In this document: positions 29,527 to 39,389 of the stretch, piece after piece
Layout: every line of letters begins with the position of its first letter
How positions within the stretch are numbered: the first letter of the stretch is position 1
Source of the DNA: Gemmatimonadales bacterium
Lineage (GTDB): Bacteria; Gemmatimonadota; Gemmatimonadetes; Gemmatimonadales; GWC2-71-9
Assembly: GCA_038321865.1 (NCBI GenBank)
Contig: JBBQFH010000005.1
Location: 68,694-132,693, forward strand
Direction: 5' to 3'
DNA: 64,000 nt
Notes under the pieces: model-generated
The model's database searches: none
What the model was told of the DNA's origin: nothing
What the model saw: the letters and a program-made list of their open reading frames with translations, nothing else
Program-made: the position numbers and the translations under genes

Positions 29527-30896
29527 ACCGCCGGGACCTGCTGCTCGCCGGCGGCAGCGCGGGGCTCGCGTTCCTCGTTCCGGGCCGGGGAGCGTCGGCC
29601 GCTCCGCGCCCCGTGCCCTCCCCCGCCCAGCTCGCCTGGCATCGGCGCGAGCTCGCGATGTTCCTTCACTTCGGCGTGAACACATTCACCGACCGGGAGT
29701 GGGGTGACGGCACCGAAGATCCGGCGATCTTCGATCCCCGCCGGCTCGATGCCCGCCAGTGGACTCGGGCCGCGCGCGCAGGCGCGTTTCGCACCGTGAT
29801 CCTCACGGCCAAGCATCACGACGGCTTTTGCCTCTGGCCCAGCCGCGTCACCAGCCATTCGGTCGCCGGAAGTCCCTGGCGCAACGGCCGGGGCGATGTG
29901 GTCGGCGAGCTCGCCGCTGCCGCCCGCGCCGACGGCCTGGGCTTCGGCGTTTACCTCTCGCCCTGGGACCGGCACGAGCCGTCGTACGGTGATTCGCCTC
30001 GCTACAACGACTACTACTGCGCCCAGCTCACCGAATTGCTGACCGGCTATGGACCGATCACCGAAGTCTGGTTCGACGGCGCGAACGGTGAGGGCCCCAA
30101 CGGCCGCCGCCAGGTCTATGACTGGCCCCGGATTCACCGCCTGGTGCGGTCGCTCCAGCCCGGCGCCGTGATCTTCTCCGATGCGGGCCCCGACATCCGC
30201 TGGGGCGGCAACGAGCGCGGCATCGCCGGTGATCCCAACTGGTGCACGATGGATCCGGCCGCCGTCCCCGTCCCCGGCGCGAGCGGCGATGGCGTTACTG
30301 ACGCGCTGCAGCATGGAGACCCGGCCGGCACCGTCTGGCGCCCCGCTGAGGCGGACGTCTCCATTCGCCCGGGCTGGTTCTGGCACGCGGCGGAGAACGA
30401 GCAGGTGCGGTCGGTCGGCAACCTGGTCGACCTCTACTTTTCGTCGGTGGGCCGGAACAGCGGCCTGCTGCTCAATGTCCCGCCCACCACCGATGGCCTG
30501 CTGCATGACACCGACGTCTCCCGGCTCGCGGCGTTCGGCGCGGCGCGAGCCGCCCTCTTCGCGGACGACCTGGCCCGCGGCGCACGGGTGACTCGAGGCG
30601 AGGGCCGAATCGAGATCAGGCTGCGCCGGCCGGCCACCTTCGACGTCATCTCGCTCGGGGAGCGGATCGAGCTGGGTCAGACGGTCTCGACCTACACCGT
30701 GCAGTGCCTGACCGACCGCGGGTGGGAGATGGTTTCACGCGGGACCACGATCGGCCATCGGAAGCTCGATCGCATCTCCCGCACGACCGCACGAGCCGTC
30801 CGCCTCACCACGACCTCGCCGGGCGGCGCGGCGCACATCGCCTCGGTGTCGCTCTACGACTCGCAGCGACTGGCTCAGGGAGTGACCGGCCGGTAG
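29523..30896 (+). CDS. Alpha-L-fucosidase (GH29), Tat
   Basis: NRRDLL Tat signal; FLHFGVNTF, TAKHHDGFCLW, WFDGA, EADVSIRPGWF, SVGRN. Confidence 0.92.
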   Translation: MNRRDLLLAGGSAGLAFLVPGRGASAAPRPVPSPAQLAWHRRELAMFLHFGVNTFTDREWGDGTEDPAIFDPRRLDARQWTRAARAGAFRTVILTAKHHDGFCLWPSRVTSHSVAGSPWRNGRGDVVGELAAAARADGLGFGVYLSPWDRHEPSYGDSPRYNDYYCAQLTELLTGYGPITEVWFDGANGEGPNGRRQVYDWPRIHRLVRSLQPGAVIFSDAGPDIRWGGNERGIAGDPNWCTMDPAAVPVPGASGDGVTDALQHGDPAGTVWRPAEADVSIRPGWFWHAAENEQVRSVGNLVDLYFSSVGRNSGLLLNVPPTTDGLLHDTDVSRLAAFGAARAALFADDLARGARVTRGEGRIEIRLRRPATFDVISLGERIELGQTVSTYTVQCLTDRGWEMVSRGTTIGHRKLDRISRTTARAVRLTTTSPGGAAHIASVSLYDSQRLAQGVTGR

Positions 30897-32503
30897 TTCA
30901 CGTCCAGCGCCTCCAGTCGGCGCAGATGTGAGGCGAGACGCGTGGAGAAGTCGGCGAAATCCTTCCGGGCCACAGGCGTCCACAGGATCTCGGCTAGCGC
31001 TGACATCCGGGGATACGCCATGTATTCCACCTGTTTCGGCCCGGCGATGTACTCGGTCCACACCTGTCCCTGTGCGCCCAGGATGTGCTTGGCGAATCGC
31101 GGTTCGAGCTCGGCCGGCATCGGGTCGTACGCATAGACGGTATCGATTGGCAGGAAGCCCCCGATCGCGAGCGGCTCGGCTCCGCGATTCAGCGATTGAT
31201 AATGGTCGAGGTACGTGTGGCTTCCCGGCGCCATCACGACGTCGTGGCCCGCTCGCGCCGCGGCGATACCGCCGCTGATACCGCGCCACGACATCACCGC
31301 CGCGTTCGGCGCCAGTCCACCTTCCAGAATTTCGTCCCAGCCGATCAGCCGCCTGCCGTGCGCCGTGAGAAATGCATCCATCTGCCGGGTGAACCAGCTC
31401 TGCAGCTCGTCCTCGGTTTTCAGGTTCAGCGCCCGCATCCGTGCCTGGGCCACCGGACTCGCCTTCCATTGCCCTTTAGGGGCCTCGTCGCCGCCGATGT
31501 GGATGTAGGGCCCGGGAAACAGCACCATCACTTCGGTGAGTACATCCTTCATGAACTGGATGGCGCTGTCCGAGGGATTGAGGATGTAGCTGCTGACACC
31601 CCAGATGGTCATGACGGGAATCGTGTCCGCCGTATTGCCGAGCCACGGGTACGCGGCGATCGCGGCCTGCGAGTGACCCGGCATCTCGATTTCCGGCACC
31701 ACGTTCACGAATCGCGCCTTGGCGTATGCCACGATCTCGCGGATGTCGGCCTGGGTGTAATAGCCGCCGTGGCGCTGATGGTCGTAGACCCGCTTGGCGG
31801 TGTCCGCCTCGTATGGGCCGACGAGCGTCTCCCTGCGCCACGCGCCCACTTCGGTCAGCCGCGGATACTTCTTGATCTCGATCCGCCAACCCTGGTCTTC
31901 CGTCAGGTGCCAGTGGAACGAATTCATCTTGTGGAGCGCCAACAGGTCGATGTACTTCTTGACGAATTCCTTCGGCATGAAGTGCCGGCCCGAGTCGAGA
32001 TGGCCGCCGCGCCAGCGGAAGCGCGGCGAGTCCTCGATCGTCACCGCCGGCATGGCCCACGTCACTCCGGTCATCGTCGCTTCGCGGAAGATTTCGGCCG
32101 GCAGCAGTTGCCGGATCGACTGCATGCCGTAGAACAGCCCCGCTGCGGCCGGCGCCCGCACCGTGACGCGCCCGGCACGCACGTCCAGTGTGTACCCCTC
32201 CGGCCCCAGCCGGCTGAGCGTCTTGTCGCGCGTCAGGACGATCCGGCTGCCGGAAGGCGTCCCCCCGATGCGCACGGCGATCGCGTAGCTGGTAGCCGGG
32301 GCCAAATAGGCGGCGAGCTGGCGCCCGAGCGCCGCGTCGGCCCGATCGGTCCAGATGACGGACTTCGCGGTGAGCAGGAATCGGCCGGCGTGCGGCGTCA
32401 GCTTCACCGGACGAGGAATGATCGCGGGCTCCGCTTCCTGGGCAGCAAGGCGGGCCACTTCGGTCCCGCTCAGCAGTGCGACGGCGAGAATCAGCTTCCG
32501 CAT
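30875..32503 (-). CDS. Beta-N-acetylhexosaminidase (GH20), secreted
   Basis: DSPRFRWRG, FHWHLTEDQGWR, PEIEMPGH, HIGGDE, WTEY. Confidence 0.93.
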   Translation of the reverse strand: MRKLILAVALLSGTEVARLAAQEAEPAIIPRPVKLTPHAGRFLLTAKSVIWTDRADAALGRQLAAYLAPATSYAIAVRIGGTPSGSRIVLTRDKTLSRLGPEGYTLDVRAGRVTVRAPAAAGLFYGMQSIRQLLPAEIFREATMTGVTWAMPAVTIEDSPRFRWRGGHLDSGRHFMPKEFVKKYIDLLALHKMNSFHWHLTEDQGWRIEIKKYPRLTEVGAWRRETLVGPYEADTAKRVYDHQRHGGYYTQADIREIVAYAKARFVNVVPEIEMPGHSQAAIAAYPWLGNTADTIPVMTIWGVSSYILNPSDSAIQFMKDVLTEVMVLFPGPYIHIGGDEAPKGQWKASPVAQARMRALNLKTEDELQSWFTRQMDAFLTAHGRRLIGWDEILEGGLAPNAAVMSWRGISGGIAAARAGHDVVMAPGSHTYLDHYQSLNRGAEPLAIGGFLPIDTVYAYDPMPAELEPRFAKHILGAQGQVWTEYIAGPKQVEYMAYPRMSALAEILWTPVARKDFADFSTRLASHLRRLEALDVNYRPVTP

Positions 32504-32528
32504 GGAACCCCGCGTGGCGTGTGTGTCG

Positions 32529-32804
32529 TCATCGGAGACGGACGAGATATCCGCCTTCGTTCAGGTCCTTCGAATACTCCTGCACCAGCCCACGAAACTC
32601 CCCCGCGAGCATGCGTCCGACCAGCGGTCGCAGCACCGGTCGCCCGCCGGAGCCGAGCCCTCGGCCGGTGACGATATGCGCGACGTCGCCCCGGCGGGCG
32701 CCGCCCTTGCCGCGCAGCAACCGCTCCACCATCTGGCGAGCCCGGGCGGCATCGCAGCCATGGAGGTCGAGCGTCGTGGCGACCTTCGCGTCGAGCAGGT
32801 TCAC
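32529..32804 (-). CDS. Stand-alone Smr (small MutS-related) domain protein
   Basis: LDLHG, IVTGRG, NEGGYLV; GTGA overlap with the kinase. Confidence 0.82.
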   Translation of the reverse strand: MNLLDAKVATTLDLHGCDAARARQMVERLLRGKGGARRGDVAHIVTGRGLGSGGRPVLRPLVGRMLAGEFRGLVQEYSKDLNEGGYLVRLR

Positions 32805-34141
32805 ACGCGAGTCGCCGGCGGACCTGCACGCGCCGGGAAGAACTCCGAGCGCTCCTCCGGCACCGGGAACGCTCGCCGGTAGGTCCGCGCCCACTCCAGC
32901 GCGAACGGTTCCGTGTCGGCGGTGGGCACCAGCGCCCATACGCTCCCGCCGAAGCCCGCGCCGAACGCGGACGCGGCCACCGCACCGAGCGACCGCGCCG
33001 ACCGCGCCAGCGCGATCGTTTCCGGCACCTGGTTGCCCAGCAGGCGCTCGGCGCACTGCTGCGACACGTCCACCATCGCGCCCACCGTCACCAGGTCGGT
33101 TTCCGACAATGCATCCGCGACAGCGGGAATCACCACGCTGTTCTCGGTCTGGAACTGCTCGAACCGGTCCACCAGGGCCGGGGCGTCGAAGCCGCCGGCG
33201 GTGGGTGTCCGGATCAGCGCACGGATGCGGTCCGCGGCGCCCGCCTCGGAGTCCACCGCGGCGCCGAGGGAGCAGTCCTGCCGGCCGGTCGCTCGATTCC
33301 ATTGCTGCAGGATCGTGGCGGCCGCGGCGGCGCAGCGATTGTAGGCCCGGCGGGCGGCTCCGGTCTTCTCCGCGGCCACCCCGCTCGACGCGATCACGAA
33401 TGTGAAGTCGTCGGGCAGCGCGATCGCCTGCTCGAAGCGGAGCGGGGCAAAGGCGTACTGCACCAGGGCACCAGGACGCGAGCGCAGGATCGCGGCGTGG
33501 TCCTGGCTTCCGCCCGACGTGCCGGTGCCGGCGTCACCGCCGAGGTCCGCGAATGCCGAGCCATTTTCAACGGCGCCGAGATAGCCGGCGAGATCGTCGG
33601 CGGTTCGGATGTTGCGCCGATACTCCTGGCGGCTCGCCAGCTCGTTGATGTCGGACACCACGAGGAACGCGGCGACGACGAGTGCGCTCGAGCTGCTCAT
33701 CCCCGCGGCCTGCGGGAGGTCGCTGGCGAACGCGATATCCGCGCCGCGATGCAGGCCGGGAAAGTTGCGGGCGACACGGCGCACGACGGTGATCACGTAG
33801 TTGGACCAGTGACCCGGCACCGAGCCGACCGACGGCGAGATCGCGCACTCCATGGCCTCTCCGCTCCGGAGGTCATGCATGCGCACGCGGTTGTCCTCCC
33901 TGGGCGACGCAAGCACGCAGAGCCCGCGCTCGATTGCGCAGACCAGGCTCCGGCCGCCGGCGTAATCGGTGTGCTTGCCGAGAAACTCGATCCGGCCCGG
34001 CACCCACCAGCCCCGCGCCCTGGCCGGATCGCCTCCTGCGGACCCGAGCAGTCTTTCAAGCTCTCCGAACCAGTCCGCCTTCCGCCGCGCCTCGGCGGCG
34101 CTCATCCCGGCATCGATCAGCGTCTCCAGCCGTCCGGTCAC
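32801..34141 (-). CDS. GHMP-family anomeric sugar kinase (galactokinase-like, atypical)
   Basis: PGRIEFLGKHTDY, PQAAGMSSSSA, GSQDH, FGAGFGG. Confidence 0.85.
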   Translation of the reverse strand: MTGRLETLIDAGMSAAEARRKADWFGELERLLGSAGGDPARARGWWVPGRIEFLGKHTDYAGGRSLVCAIERGLCVLASPREDNRVRMHDLRSGEAMECAISPSVGSVPGHWSNYVITVVRRVARNFPGLHRGADIAFASDLPQAAGMSSSSALVVAAFLVVSDINELASRQEYRRNIRTADDLAGYLGAVENGSAFADLGGDAGTGTSGGSQDHAAILRSRPGALVQYAFAPLRFEQAIALPDDFTFVIASSGVAAEKTGAARRAYNRCAAAAATILQQWNRATGRQDCSLGAAVDSEAGAADRIRALIRTPTAGGFDAPALVDRFEQFQTENSVVIPAVADALSETDLVTVGAMVDVSQQCAERLLGNQVPETIALARSARSLGAVAASAFGAGFGGSVWALVPTADTEPFALEWARTYRRAFPVPEERSEFFPARAGPPATRV

Positions 34142-34947
34142 GGACGCACCGATACGTCCCGGAGCCGCGCCGTTACCGCCGCAACGTCGCCGCGACTCGA
34201 CAGGTCGAGCACGGGCAGGTCGGCCGGCACCGCGCGCACCCGGAGATGGTGTGCCTCGATCGCGTGCTGGACCGCGAGCGGAAGCTCCAGCTCGCCGCGC
34301 GACGACGGGGTGACCTCCCGGCACGCCTCGAAGATCGACGACTCGAACAGCCAGCAGTTCATCCCGATCCTGGGATCGGAACCGAGGGCGGCGATCTCGG
34401 CGGGATCGGGTTTCTCCACGATGCGACGGAGATAGCCATCCGGAGCAATGTCCAGGACCGAGAAGCGTTCGATCCGCTCGGGCGGGATGTGGCCGTCGGC
34501 AATCAGCGCAGCCCGGGAGAAGGCCGCCACCGCCGTCTCCGACTGAGCGCGCATCGCCGCCAGCACGGGCACCGGGTAGTAGTTGTCGCCGTTGACCACG
34601 AGGAACCGGTCGAGTCCGACAAAGTCGCGCGCCGCCAGTACCGCGTCGGCGGTGCCGATCGGCTGCTCCTGCACCGCGAACGAGACCGCGATCCGGCGAA
34701 GACCCCGGCCCGCGACATGAGTCCGGATCGCCTCGTGTTCGGGACCGATGACCAGGCACGCCTGCTCGAACCCGGCGTCCGCCAGCGCGCTGAGCGCAAA
34801 ATCCAGGAAGGGCCGGCCCACCGGCATCATCGCCTTGAGTCCGGCGGAGGCCGCCGCTGCCTGTTCGGCAGCCAGCGGGGCTCCACTGTCTGCCGTACGC
34901 ATCCGGGTGCCGAGCCCGCGCGCGAGGATGACGGCCTTGCCGCTCAC
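34138..34947 (-). CDS. Sugar-1-phosphate nucleotidyltransferase family protein
   Basis: VILARGLGTRMR, KAMMPVG, QEQPIGTADA, NGDN, VEKP, SSRGELEL. Confidence 0.87.
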   Translation of the reverse strand: MSGKAVILARGLGTRMRTADSGAPLAAEQAAAASAGLKAMMPVGRPFLDFALSALADAGFEQACLVIGPEHEAIRTHVAGRGLRRIAVSFAVQEQPIGTADAVLAARDFVGLDRFLVVNGDNYYPVPVLAAMRAQSETAVAAFSRAALIADGHIPPERIERFSVLDIAPDGYLRRIVEKPDPAEIAALGSDPRIGMNCWLFESSIFEACREVTPSSRGELELPLAVQHAIEAHHLRVRAVPADLPVLDLSSRGDVAAVTARLRDVSVRP

Positions 34948-36716
34948 GTGGCTGGCGTACCCGCCCAGAGCTTCGGAATCAGACGGATGAGCCCGAGTCC
35001 GCTCACCACGAAGAGGACGGCCCAGATGACCGCGCCCGTCGTGTTTCCATATATGAAGCTTCCGGTCCCGAACAGCCCGGCATACACGAAGGTGATGCCG
35101 AGGCTCCACCCGAGGAGCATCTGGGGCAGGCTGTCCGGTGATCCACCGACACCCGCAATCGCCTGGATCGGCGCCCACCCCTTGCCGGCCGGCCGCACCA
35201 GCCGGTAGAACGCCACCAGCGTGTCGCGATCGGTCGGTTCGGTGAGGAGCGTGACCGTCAGCCAGATCGCCGTGGTCGCGGCGACCGTGATGAGGAGCCC
35301 GATATGCGGCGCGATGTCGAGCCCCATCTTGCCGGCCACGAATAATCCGATGCCGATGATGAACGAGCTGGCCATCGCGGCAATTTCGCTCCACGCATTG
35401 ATGCGCCACCAGAACCAGCGCAGCAGGTAGATCAGCCCCGTCCCGGCGCCGATGGACAGCAGCAGCTGGAACGCCTCGCTCGCCGTCGAGAGGAAGAGGG
35501 TAAAGACGCCGCACGTGATCATCAGGAAGGCGGTCAGGAACCGCGACACCCAGAGGTAGTGACGCTGGCTCTTTCCCTTGGCCATGAAGCGCTGGTAGAA
35601 GTCGATCACCAGGTAGGACGACCCCCAGTTGAGATGGGTCTCCATCGTGGATCGGTACGCCGCAAACAGCGACGCGACCAGGAGCCCCTTCATCCCCGCA
35701 GGCAGGAGTGTCAGCATCGCGGGATACGCCAGGTCGTTCCCGATCAGCTTCGGATCGACATGGGGAATGGCGCGCTGGATGTCGGCGAGCGTGGGAAACA
35801 CCAGCATGGAGCAGAGCGCGACGATGATCCACGGCCAGGGGCGGAGCGCGTAATGGGCCACGTTGAACCAGAGCGTGGCCCCGAGCGCGTGGCGCTCATT
35901 CTTCGACGCGAGGATGCGCTGCGCGATATAACTCCCGCCACCAGGCTCCGCGCCAGGATACCAGACCGACCACCACTGCACGGTGAGCGGAATGATCAGG
36001 ACCGAGAGCGTGAGCGAGGTGTTGCTGAAGTCGGGCAGGAGCGAGAGCGTCTTCGGGTCGATGCGGTGGAGCAGGTTGGCGAGGCCGCCGACGGCCGGGT
36101 GATGCAGCGAGAAGTAGGCGGCTCCGATGACCCCGGCCATGGCGAGCACAAACTGCACGAGATCAGTCGCGAGGACGCCCCAGAGCCCGGAGACCGCCGC
36201 GAAGAGCACGCAGGCGGTCCCGGTGATGGCGATCGTTTCGAGTCGCCCCCAGCCCAGCATCACGTTCGCGATCTTCACGGCGGCGAGCGTGACCGTGGAC
36301 ATGATCATGAGGTTGAAGAACAACCCCAGGTACACCGCCCGGAACCCCCGCACGAACGCCGCCGGCCGGCCCGCGTAGCGCAGCTCGTAGAACTGCAGGT
36401 CGGTCAGCACCTTGGACCGTCGCCACAGCTGCGCGTAGAAGAAGACCGTGGCCATGCCGGTCAGCAGGAACGACCACCACACCCAGTTGTACGACACGCC
36501 GCGCGTGCGCACGAAGTCGGTCACCAGGTTCGGCGTGTCGGTGCTGAATGTCGTCGCGACCATCGACGTGCCGACCAGCCACCAGGGTGCCGCCTGTCCG
36601 GACGTGAAGAACTCGCTGGTATTTTTCGTCGCACGCCGGAGATAGAACATGGCCGGCAGGTAACACAGCACGAGACTCACGACCACGATGATCCAGTCGA
36701 GGGACGTCAATTCCAT
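34944..36716 (-). CDS. Sodium:solute symporter
   Basis: LDWIIV, SMVATTFSTDT, YIAQR, many TM helices. Confidence 0.9.
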   Translation of the reverse strand: MELTSLDWIIVVVSLVLCYLPAMFYLRRATKNTSEFFTSGQAAPWWLVGTSMVATTFSTDTPNLVTDFVRTRGVSYNWVWWSFLLTGMATVFFYAQLWRRSKVLTDLQFYELRYAGRPAAFVRGFRAVYLGLFFNLMIMSTVTLAAVKIANVMLGWGRLETIAITGTACVLFAAVSGLWGVLATDLVQFVLAMAGVIGAAYFSLHHPAVGGLANLLHRIDPKTLSLLPDFSNTSLTLSVLIIPLTVQWWSVWYPGAEPGGGSYIAQRILASKNERHALGATLWFNVAHYALRPWPWIIVALCSMLVFPTLADIQRAIPHVDPKLIGNDLAYPAMLTLLPAGMKGLLVASLFAAYRSTMETHLNWGSSYLVIDFYQRFMAKGKSQRHYLWVSRFLTAFLMITCGVFTLFLSTASEAFQLLLSIGAGTGLIYLLRWFWWRINAWSEIAAMASSFIIGIGLFVAGKMGLDIAPHIGLLITVAATTAIWLTVTLLTEPTDRDTLVAFYRLVRPAGKGWAPIQAIAGVGGSPDSLPQMLLGWSLGITFVYAGLFGTGSFIYGNTTGAVIWAVLFVVSGLGLIRLIPKLWAGTPAT

Positions 36717-36930
36717 GCGGCGGAACCTCGCGCTAAGGAGAGAACCGGCTCGGAGCGGTGCAGGAGAGTTGGACGAACGCACGGACGTGCGCCCGGTGGA
36801 GAATACGCGGCCCGACTGACGGAGGAAAGGTGGGAACGACAGGTTTCGGCATGCGGACCGGATTTGACCGCTCGAAACGGATAGCCGGACCGTGCCGCGC
36901 ATGCCATCTTCGGGCAGGAGGAAACAACCA

Positions 36931-37995
36931 ATGACTGCTGCCCAGCTCCACCCGGCCGCCGATGACTCCGCCTGGCAGGCGGTGCTCGACCGCGACAAGG
37001 CCGCCGACGGCCGGTTCGTGTACGCCGTGCGCTCCACCCGGATCTTCTGCCGGCCCAGCTGCCCCTCGAAACGGCCGGGCCGGTCGCAGGTCCGCTTTTA
37101 CCCCTCGCCCAAGGCCGCCGCCGCCGAGGGGTATCGCGCCTGTCTCCGCTGCCGGCCGGATCGGTCCGGCGACCCCGATCGCGAGCTCGTGGAGCGCGCG
37201 ACGGCCCTGCTCGGGAACGGCCCCGTGCCGGCCGCCGCGCTGGCCGGACGGCTCGGAACGAGCGCGGCACATCTGGCGCGGGCCTTCCGCCGGCTGACCG
37301 GTCTCACTCCCAGGGCCTATGCGGCCGCCCGTCGCGAGGACACCCTCCGGACCGGACTCCGCTCCGGTGCGACCGTCAGCTCCGCGATGTACGATGCCGG
37401 CTACGGCTCGAGCAGCCGGCTCTACGAGGGCTCCGCGACCTCGCTCGGCATGACGCCGGCACGCTATCGCCGCGGCGGTGAAAGCCTCCACATCGGATAC
37501 GCCCTGGGCGATTCCCCTCTCGGCCGCGTGCTGGTGGCGGCCACTGATCGCGGTCTCTGCGCCGTCAGTCTCGGTGACGACGATGCATCGCTCGCCGCCC
37601 GGCTTCGGACCGAGTTCCCCGCCGCCGAGCTGTCCGCCGACGCACCGCGCCTTCGTGCGCTGCTTCACTCCGTGCTGGAGCGGCTGAACGCCGGACTGCC
37701 CGCCGCCGATCTCCCCACCGACGTCAGGGCGACCGCGTTCCGTCGCCGCGTCTGGGACGCGCTGACCCGCATCCCCCGCGGCGAGACACGCACCTATGCC
37801 GACGTCGCCCGCGAGATCGGGCAGCCGGCCGCCGCGCGGGCGGTCGCGTCCGCCTGCGCCGCCAATCCCCTCGCCGTGATCGTACCCTGCCATCGCGTGG
37901 TCCGCGGCGATGGCGGGCTCGGCGGTTATCGCTGGGGCGCGGAGCGGAAGCGCGCTCTGCTGGAGCGGGAGCAGGCATTATCTTCGGGGCCATGA
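36931..37995 (+). CDS. ada: Bifunctional transcriptional activator / O6-methylguanine-DNA methyltransferase
   Basis: Zn ligands FCRPSC and ACLRC, AraC-type HTH, PCHRV acceptor motif; AGGAGG RBS. Confidence 0.93.
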   Translation: MTAAQLHPAADDSAWQAVLDRDKAADGRFVYAVRSTRIFCRPSCPSKRPGRSQVRFYPSPKAAAAEGYRACLRCRPDRSGDPDRELVERATALLGNGPVPAAALAGRLGTSAAHLARAFRRLTGLTPRAYAAARREDTLRTGLRSGATVSSAMYDAGYGSSSRLYEGSATSLGMTPARYRRGGESLHIGYALGDSPLGRVLVAATDRGLCAVSLGDDDASLAARLRTEFPAAELSADAPRLRALLHSVLERLNAGLPAADLPTDVRATAFRRRVWDALTRIPRGETRTYADVAREIGQPAAARAVASACAANPLAVIVPCHRVVRGDGGLGGYRWGAERKRALLEREQALSSGP

Positions 37996-38360
37996 TCCGG
38001 TCCCTGTACAGCGTCGCCGTCTTCGTCACCGATATCGAGCGGGCGGTTGGCTTCTATCGCGATACGCTGGGCCTCCCGCTCATCAAGCAGGGCTCATTCG
38101 GCGCCGAGTTTCTCGAGTCTGAACCACATCTCGGCGTCCACCCGGCCAACCATCCGGACTCGAAGGCGATGGTCGGCCGGCACACCGGTCTCACCTTTCA
38201 TGTGCCCGAGCTGCTCCATTTCTGCGGCATGCTGCACGATCGCGGCGTCCGGTTCATCGCCGAGCCGACCCGGCAGGCCTGGGGCGTGATGGCGATGATC
38301 GCCGATCCCGATGGCAACATCTTCGCGCTCTGGGACGAGACGGTGCCGGATGACGCGTAG
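37992..38360 (+). CDS. VOC/glyoxalase family protein
   Basis: VFVTDIERAVGFYRDTLG, WG..A.IADPDGN. Confidence 0.85.
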   Translation: MIRSLYSVAVFVTDIERAVGFYRDTLGLPLIKQGSFGAEFLESEPHLGVHPANHPDSKAMVGRHTGLTFHVPELLHFCGMLHDRGVRFIAEPTRQAWGVMAMIADPDGNIFALWDETVPDDA

Positions 38361-39375
38361 CTTCGCCAGCGACAACAACGCCGGCGTGCATCCTGAAATT
38401 CTCGCCGCCATTGCCGCCGCGAACGACGGTCACGTTCGCGCCTACGGCGATGATCCGTACACCGCACGTGCCGTCGAGTGCTTCCGTGACCATTTCGGTC
38501 CCGCGACCGAAGTCTTCTTCGTGTTCAACGGCACCGGCGCGAACGTGCTTGGTATCCAGGCGCTGACACGGCCGCACGAAGCCGTCATCTGCGCCGACTT
38601 CGCGCACATCAACGTGGACGAATGCGGCGCACCCGAGAAGTTCACCGGCTGCAAGCTCCTCGGCGTGCCGGCACCGGCCGGCAAGGTGACCGCCGAGGCC
38701 GTCGCCGGCCGCCTCCGCGGCATCGGCGACCAGCACCACGTCCAGCCGCGCGTCGTGTCCATCTCCCAGTCCAGCGAATACGGCACCGTCTACACACCGG
38801 CCGAGACCAGCGCGCTCGCCGACTACTGCCACGCGAACGGGCTGCTGCTGCACATGGATGGCGCCCGCATCTCGAACGCCGCGGCCGCGCTCGGGCTTCC
38901 GCTCCGCGCGCTCACCGCGGCAGCGGGGGTGGATGTGCTTTCGTTCGGGGGCACGAAGAACGGGCTGCTCGGTGGCGAGGCCGTGGTTTTCTTCGACCCC
39001 GCCCTGGCCGACCGCTTCCGGTTTCTTCGCAAGCAGGCCATGCAGCTCTCGTCGAAGATGCGGTTCCTGGGGGCGCAGTTCGCCGCGCTGCTGGGCGACG
39101 ATCTGTGGCTCCGGAGCGCGCGGCACGCCAACGCCATGGCCCGGCGGCTGGCCGATGGGCTCCGCGTCATCGACGGCGTGACCATCACCCAGCCGGTGGA
39201 TGCGAACGCCGTCTTCGCTCTCCTGCCGCCAAGCCACGTCGCGGCGCTTCAGTCCGAGGCGTTCTTCTACGTGTGGGATGAAGGGCGGACCGAAGTACGG
39301 CTGATGGCCTCGTTCGATACCACCGAAGACGATGTGGATCGGTTCGTCGCCGCCGTGACCCGCCAGCTTTCCTGA
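38350..39375 (+). CDS. ltaE: Low-specificity L-threonine aldolase
   Basis: FASDN, YGDD, GTGAN, HMDGAR, FGGTKNG, SKMRF. Confidence 0.88.
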   Translation: MTRSFASDNNAGVHPEILAAIAAANDGHVRAYGDDPYTARAVECFRDHFGPATEVFFVFNGTGANVLGIQALTRPHEAVICADFAHINVDECGAPEKFTGCKLLGVPAPAGKVTAEAVAGRLRGIGDQHHVQPRVVSISQSSEYGTVYTPAETSALADYCHANGLLLHMDGARISNAAAALGLPLRALTAAAGVDVLSFGGTKNGLLGGEAVVFFDPALADRFRFLRKQAMQLSSKMRFLGAQFAALLGDDLWLRSARHANAMARRLADGLRVIDGVTITQPVDANAVFALLPPSHVAALQSEAFFYVWDEGRTEVRLMASFDTTEDDVDRFVAAVTRQLS

Positions 39376-39389
39376 CTGGGAGTCGCCTC

